Assembly (NCBI GenBank): GCA_002269645.1
Contig: NIVC01000648.1
Span: 1-64,000, forward strand
DNA: 64,000 nt
Source: Macrostomum lignano
Lineage: Eukaryota
Reading direction: 5' to 3'
Numbering within the stretch: position 1 is the first letter of the stretch; each line of letters starts with the position of its first letter. The position numbers were made by a program, and so were the translations under genes. Positions 56,588 through 64,000 of this stretch are shown here, piece by piece. Under the pieces are notes generated by a model. It was not told where the DNA came from. It was given only the letters and a program-made list of their open reading frames with translations, and searched no databases.

Positions 56588-57968
56588 CGAGTCTTAGTAT
56601 CTGTAGTCGTCTCAGACGGGTGTAAATAATTATTTCTAAGCCCAAACCTAAAGCTTTGCTGCCTTCGCAAAACCGTGCAGCGAAAACTTTTTCTAAGAAA
56701 CGGTTACTATGCATTTAAAATTAAAAACTTATTAAAACACACAATAGCTTGATAACACAGCTTTTGATATGCCAGTAACTACAAAACTTTGTTTATAACT
56801 GTATAAAATTATTTAAAAGTTTAGACACAACTATCTAAAATAGGTTTACTTTCTAGGATATTTAAGTACATATTTAAGGGCGACATCAATATTTAACATT
56901 TAACGTGATGTCCAGATATCTGGGTACATACGAATGAATAGTCGCATGTCAATCGAATTCTATTCAAACTCAAATTGATATTTCATCAATCTACAAACAG
57001 TTTCTACTTCCTTTCCACTTTGTTATGGCCGATTTAAACGAACACACTTCTAGGCAGTCTACATAACATGTATGAGGCTTCAAATATCTCGGGCACTAGA
57101 TCGGCTGTTGCTACAAATATTTAGCACTTAAAGAGCTCCACGCATTGATAAACTGATTTGATGACTCTCTAATTCTCTTGGTTAAATCAAGAATACCAAA
57201 GTGAAACTGTGATTTTTAAGTGAGTTCCGACTTTCCTGACAATATAGGAGATACACATATATTTAAAATTAAAAAAGTTTTAGTAGTAATAATAATTGAT
57301 CACTCAAACAAATACAACATTTAACATACACATTACTTGCTATAAACTATTTGTATAGAGGCAAGGCACGACTGACACAGGAATTAGCAAGTTAAAAATG
57401 TCTAAATAATCGACAGTTATTTTATCTCGATATGCATTACCACCTCTGTACTGGAGATCAAACAGGTAGATAAACTAAAAATGTATAGTGGGGCGCGCAA
57501 TGACGCGGTGATATTTATTTAAAAATCGCATCAACAATTTGAATCTGAGTGTAGCTGACTAATAAATCGATCGTCAGAAAATAGTGATATGCTGACGGAT
57601 TGATAGCAAAAATTTAAGGTGATAATAGTATAACAACGATAAGAATTAACGTGAACAGGTAAAATCAAAACAGAACTGTTTAAAACCTAATCAGCAAGGC
57701 TTTTGAGTACGAACTGATACAAGGACTTCATAACAGGCAAACAGAACGCGTAATTAAAATTGCGGAAGAAGCAGATCTGTTGAATAGCAATCAATGCATT
57801 TAATAGTAATTTAGGGAATGCAGTTTATTTTTACTCCTAAAATTTAAACTTAAAAATCCCAGGGTACTTTCATAAGATCGGGATTCTAAGATTTCATATT
57901 ATAATTCTTAGATCCAATATTAGGATTCTTAGATCCCATATCGGGATTCTTAGATTTCTACCGGACCA

Positions 57969-59231
57969 CTAAGGCATATTGCAGTTAGCATCCCGCTCCA
58001 GCAGAGGTTTAGCCAGTTCCCTAAAATCGCGCACAAACCAATCCGCCCCAGCAACCACCTGGGCCCGTTCCACGTTGCCACCGAAGCCGACAAACAGATC
58101 GCACTCGCTTCTGGCCTCCATATCGGTAACCCCGTCGCCAATCATAGCCACAGATCGATAGCCAAGATCTACGCGCAGGTGTTTAACTGCGGCCGCTTTG
58201 CCGCCACTCCGGCAGGTGAAACAGGACCGATCATGGCCCAGAAACTCGCCAGTGCTCTCGTCAAATAAAAGCCGATTTGAGATCAGCCGATTGTCTGGCA
58301 GGGTGAGAGCTGTCAGTACGGGCTTGACGAGGTCACTCACGCCGCCAGTTATCAGGTAGACTCGTTTGTTGCGCTGCTCCAACAGTTGCACAAGATTTCT
58401 AAATTGTTTTTTTAATGGAAAATGGACTACTAAATTGCTTACTTACAGTAGGAAAAAGCAGAAAATATGGAGAATCAGGCAGAATAATTACATTTAAATC
58501 TTTGGCGTAGACGTTATCAGCTAATTAAATCACTGTTGGGGCAGGTGTTATTTAGCCAATTAAATCATTCCTGGGGGCAGGTGTTATCAGCCAATCAAAT
58601 CACTGTTGGGAAAGGTGTTAGCAGCTAATCAAATCACTGTTGGGCAGGTGTTATCAGCCAATCAAATCACTGTTGGGGCGTGTTTGTAGCCAATTAAATC
58701 ACTGTTGTGGTAGATGTTATTAGCCAATTAACTCACTGTTAAGGGCAGGTGTTATCAGCTAATTAAATCTCTGTTAGGACAGGTATTATCAGTCAACTAA
58801 ACCACTGTAGGCGCAGGTGTTAGGCCTGAAATAAAAGCATTACGTCAAATATAATCAAATATAAAGTCTTACACAACATTCGGAGTAAGCTTTGGCGGAT
58901 GCTGACTAACAAACTGGTCCAATTTCTGTCGAGTAAGTCCCATCATGCTTAATCGGGCTTCGAACGATTCTTCAAATGTCATGTCTCCGTTCATGGCTTT
59001 GTTAGTGCTGCGATGGTGAAATAACGGGCACACTTATTAAGATACATGTACAGCAAACTATTAGAACCCCCACAAAACAACAACTCACAGCGCTTTGACT
59101 TTGTCAGCAACGCCGCAAAATTCGGCCAAATTATCGAGCCCTTCGTCGACGCAAACTGTCGAGTCAACGTCGAAACAGACGCAATCAGCGCCTAGCCAGG
59201 CTTGGAGAACGGAGGGCGACGGCTGAGACAT
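57969..59231 (-). CDS. PSPH: Phosphoserine phosphatase, HAD family (exons 59231-59089, 59007-58873, 58398-57969)
   Basis: CFDVDSTV (DxDxT), AMNGDMTFEES, LITGG, SGGK, MIGDGVTDMEA and FVGFGGNV; phase-consistent joins. The start codon may lie further upstream. Confidence 0.95.
58515..58820. repeat. Degenerate ~35-bp intronic repeat
   Basis: Units like AAATCACTGTTGGGCAGGTGTTATCAGCCAAT. Confidence 0.85.
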
Positions 59232-59344
59232 TGCGGTTGGAGGATCTTCGAGTATGCAAGACTGCTTGTGCGACACTGGATTGACCAAAACCACTTTATG
59301 CCTGGAACGTATGACAGCCAGTGATGTTGACCGACGCAATTATC

Positions 59345-59600
59345 AGGTTGGTTTAAGGAGGGATTCTCAGGGTGGTTAAGAGGCCATTCTCAGCTAGTTT
59401 AAAGGGCGATTCTCAGCTAGTTTAAGGTTTGATTCTCAGGTAGTTTAAAGGGTGATTATCAGGTAGTTTAAGGTTTGATTCTCAGGTAGTTTAAAGGGTG
59501 ATTATCAGGTAGTTTAAAGGGCGATTCTAAGGTAGGTTAGATGATTCTCAGCTAGTTTAAAGGGCGATTCTAAGGTAGTTTTTAAAGGGCGATTCTCATG
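59345..59600. repeat. Degenerate ~23-bp repeat upstream of PSPH
   Basis: Units like GATTCTCAGGTAGTTTAAAGGGT. Confidence 0.8.
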
Positions 59601-60379
59601 GTGGTTTGAGTAGGGCTGGCGATTTTGAAAGATAACTCTGATAACATAATATAAAATAACCTTTTCTAGGTATAGATATCTCAAGTCTAAGTATCAGTAG
59701 AGTATTAGGTGAGTTTATTATTTCTCAGAACAGATTTGATCAATAAAATTCATTCAGCAAAACGAAATATAAAGTGGATAACTGACTGTACTAGATTACA
59801 CTTAAGTAAACAAAATTAATTGCATCATGAAACGTTAATTGTAGGAAGACAAAAGCAGTATCTTGAGTGCAATAGACTTGAAATATATACTCTTACAGAG
59901 CTGACACATTTAAACTAATTATTATAATACTAAAAAACAAATATAAGAAAGCAAAACAAAAAGTATGAGCTTTCACCAAATAGACAAGATAGCTCAGAAA
60001 TGACTGCAAATAACGCATTTATCGCCAGATGTCTAATGCAATACTAAATTTAGCCATAAAGAAATCACCCTGGCTACTTTTGAGTAGCAAAATAAGCAAA
60101 AGACGCACCAGCAGAAGGAACACAAGCGACCGCTTAAAAGAAGGAATGCGTCTTTCACAATTAGGAGTATAACAAATATTAGTTTAAACTACGAAATACA
60201 AGACTTATAGTTGTATTGGAAGCCAAGAAAATACTAATAAAACAATGCCATCCGAATTTAGAGCCATTTTGGTAAATTAGATTACTGTTAAAAAATAAAT
60301 GTAAATACAATTACGTTGCTATCGAAAATAAGCAAAAACGGACTCAAAACGACTCTCACAGCTGTTCTACACCTGCTAT

Positions 60380-62029
<1,650 letters not shown>

Positions 62030-62114
62030 TCATCATTTAAGTTCAGCTGGACATGCTCCAGATCCCTTGTAGCCTTCTCAGAAGATGCTTTTAGCCCCAG
62101 TTTTTCACATCCAA

Positions 62115-64000
62115 ATTTACCCCTTGCCTGATTTCACACCCTACTTTACCCCCCCCCCCACCCACTGCCTGATTTCACACACTACTTAACCCCCCCCACT
62201 GCCTGATTTCACACCCTTCTTTACCCCCCACTGCCTGATTTCACACCCTACTTTACCCCCCACTGCCTGATTTCACACCCTTCTTTACCCCCCACTGCCT
62301 GATTTCACACCCTACTTTACCCCCCACTGCCTGATTTCACACCCTTCTTTACCCCCCCCACTGCCTGATTTCACACCCTACTTTACCCCCCCACCCACTG
62401 CCTGATTTCACACACTACTTTACCCCCCCCCCACTGCCTGATTTCACACCCTTCTTTACCCCCACTGCCTGATTTCACACCCTACTTTACCCCCACTGCC
62501 TGATTTCACACCCTTCTTTACCCCCAACTGCCTGATTTCACACCCTACTTTACCCCCCACTGCCTGATTTCACACCCTACTTTACCCCCACTGCCTGATT
62601 TCACACCCTTCTTTACCCCCCACTGCCTGATTTCACACCCTACTTTACCCCCACTGCCTGATTTCACACCCTTCTTTACCCCCCACTGCCTGATTTCACA
62701 CCCTACTTTACCCCCCCCCCACCCACTGCCTGATTTCACACACTACTTTACCCCCCCCCACTGCCTGATTTCACACCCTTCTTTACCCCACCCCACTACC
62801 TGATTTCACACCCTTCTTTACCCTCCCTCTAACTGCCTGATTTCACACCCTTCTTTACCCTCCCTCTTACTGCCTGATTTCACACCCTACTTTACCCCCC
62901 CACCCACTGCCTGATTTCACACCCTACTTTACCCCCCCCCCACTGCCTGATTTCACACCCTTCTTTACCCCCCCACTGCCTGATTCACCCCTTCTTTACC
63001 CCCCACTGCCTGATTTCACACCCTACTTAACCCCCTGACTGCCTGATTTCACACCCTACTTTACCCCCCCCCACCCACTGCCTGATTTCACACACTACTT
63101 TACCCCCACCCCACTGCCTGATTTCACACCCTACTTTACCCCACCCCACTGCCTGATTTCACACCCTTCTTTACCCCCCCCCCACTGCCTGATTTCACAC
63201 CCTTCTTTACCCTCCCTCTAACTGCCTGATTTCACACCCTTCTTTACCCTCCCTCTTACTGCCTGATTTCACACCCTTCTTTACCCCACCCCACTGCCTG
63301 ATTTCACACCCTTCTTTACCCCCCCCCCACTGCCTGATTTCACACCCTTCTTTACCCCACCCGACTACCTGATTTCACACCCTTCTTTACCCCCCCCACT
63401 GCCTGATTTCACACCCTTCTTTACCCCCCCACTGCCTGATTTCACACCCTTCTTTACCCCCCCCCCACTGCCTGATTTCACACCCTTCTTTACCCTCCCT
63501 CTAACTGCCTGATTTCACACCCTTCTTTTACCCCCCTAACTGCCTGATTTTACACCCTTCTTTACCCCCCCACTGCCTGATTTTACACCCTTCTTTACCC
63601 CCCCACTGCCTGATTTTACACCCTTCTTTACCCCCCACTGCCTGATTTCACACCCTTCTTTACCCCCCACTGCCTGATTTCACACCCTTCTTTACCCCCC
63701 CCCTAACTGCCTGATTCCACACCCTTCTTTTACCCCCTAACTGCCTGATTTCACACCCTTCTTTACCCCCCACTGCCTGATTTCACACCCTTCTTTACCC
63801 CCCCCTAACTGCCTGATTCCACACCCTTCTTTTACCCCCTAACTGCCTGATTTCACACCCTTCTTTACCCCCCTAACTGCCTGATTTTACACCCTTCTTT
63901 ACCCCCCCACTGCCTGATTTCACACCCTTCTTTACCCCCCCCCCTAACTGCCTGATTCCACACCCTTCTTTTACCCCCTAACTGCCTGATTTCACACCCT
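62115..64000. repeat. ~31-33-bp C-rich minisatellite running off the end of the window
   Basis: Unit CACTGCCTGATTTCACACCCTTCTTTA(C)n with a variable C run. Confidence 0.97.

Overview
Eukaryotic, intron-containing animal DNA. The short GT-AG introns packed with unrelated minisatellites are consistent with a Macrostomum-type flatworm genome (inference). All gene models were built by hand from splice signals and phase continuity. Left to right the window holds: (i) two paralogous ~75-aa ORFs sharing a G-x-VY-xx-QI...AFPP-x-PVPV motif; (ii) a decayed LINE 3' end, and an RTE-like retrotransposon with a 5' inversion that is interrupted by a 1031-bp solo LTR (TG...CA, GTAT TSD); (iii) a + strand cluster of four paralogous type I membrane proteins (divergent CUB-like plus C-type-lectin-like ectodomain, TM, tail) in which one 242-nt exon and its downstream 42-bp minisatellite are nearly identical across copies while other exons have diverged, and in which the terminal exon of copy B (acceptor + ERLFTPYSPLSEV*) is tandemly amplified 20 times as a 77-bp repeat; (iv) a - strand PH + 2xPDZ gene; (v) MDH1B, whose probable ~10-kb intron holds decayed Penelope-like elements with five hammerhead-ribozyme motifs, one of which has a piggyBac (TTAA TSD) and a mariner (TA TSD) inserted about 30 bp apart in its tail; (vi) a hAT MITE, PSPH and ARL1. 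No rRNA, tRNA or CRISPR array was recognised. Most long ORFs in the six-frame track are minisatellite artefacts.
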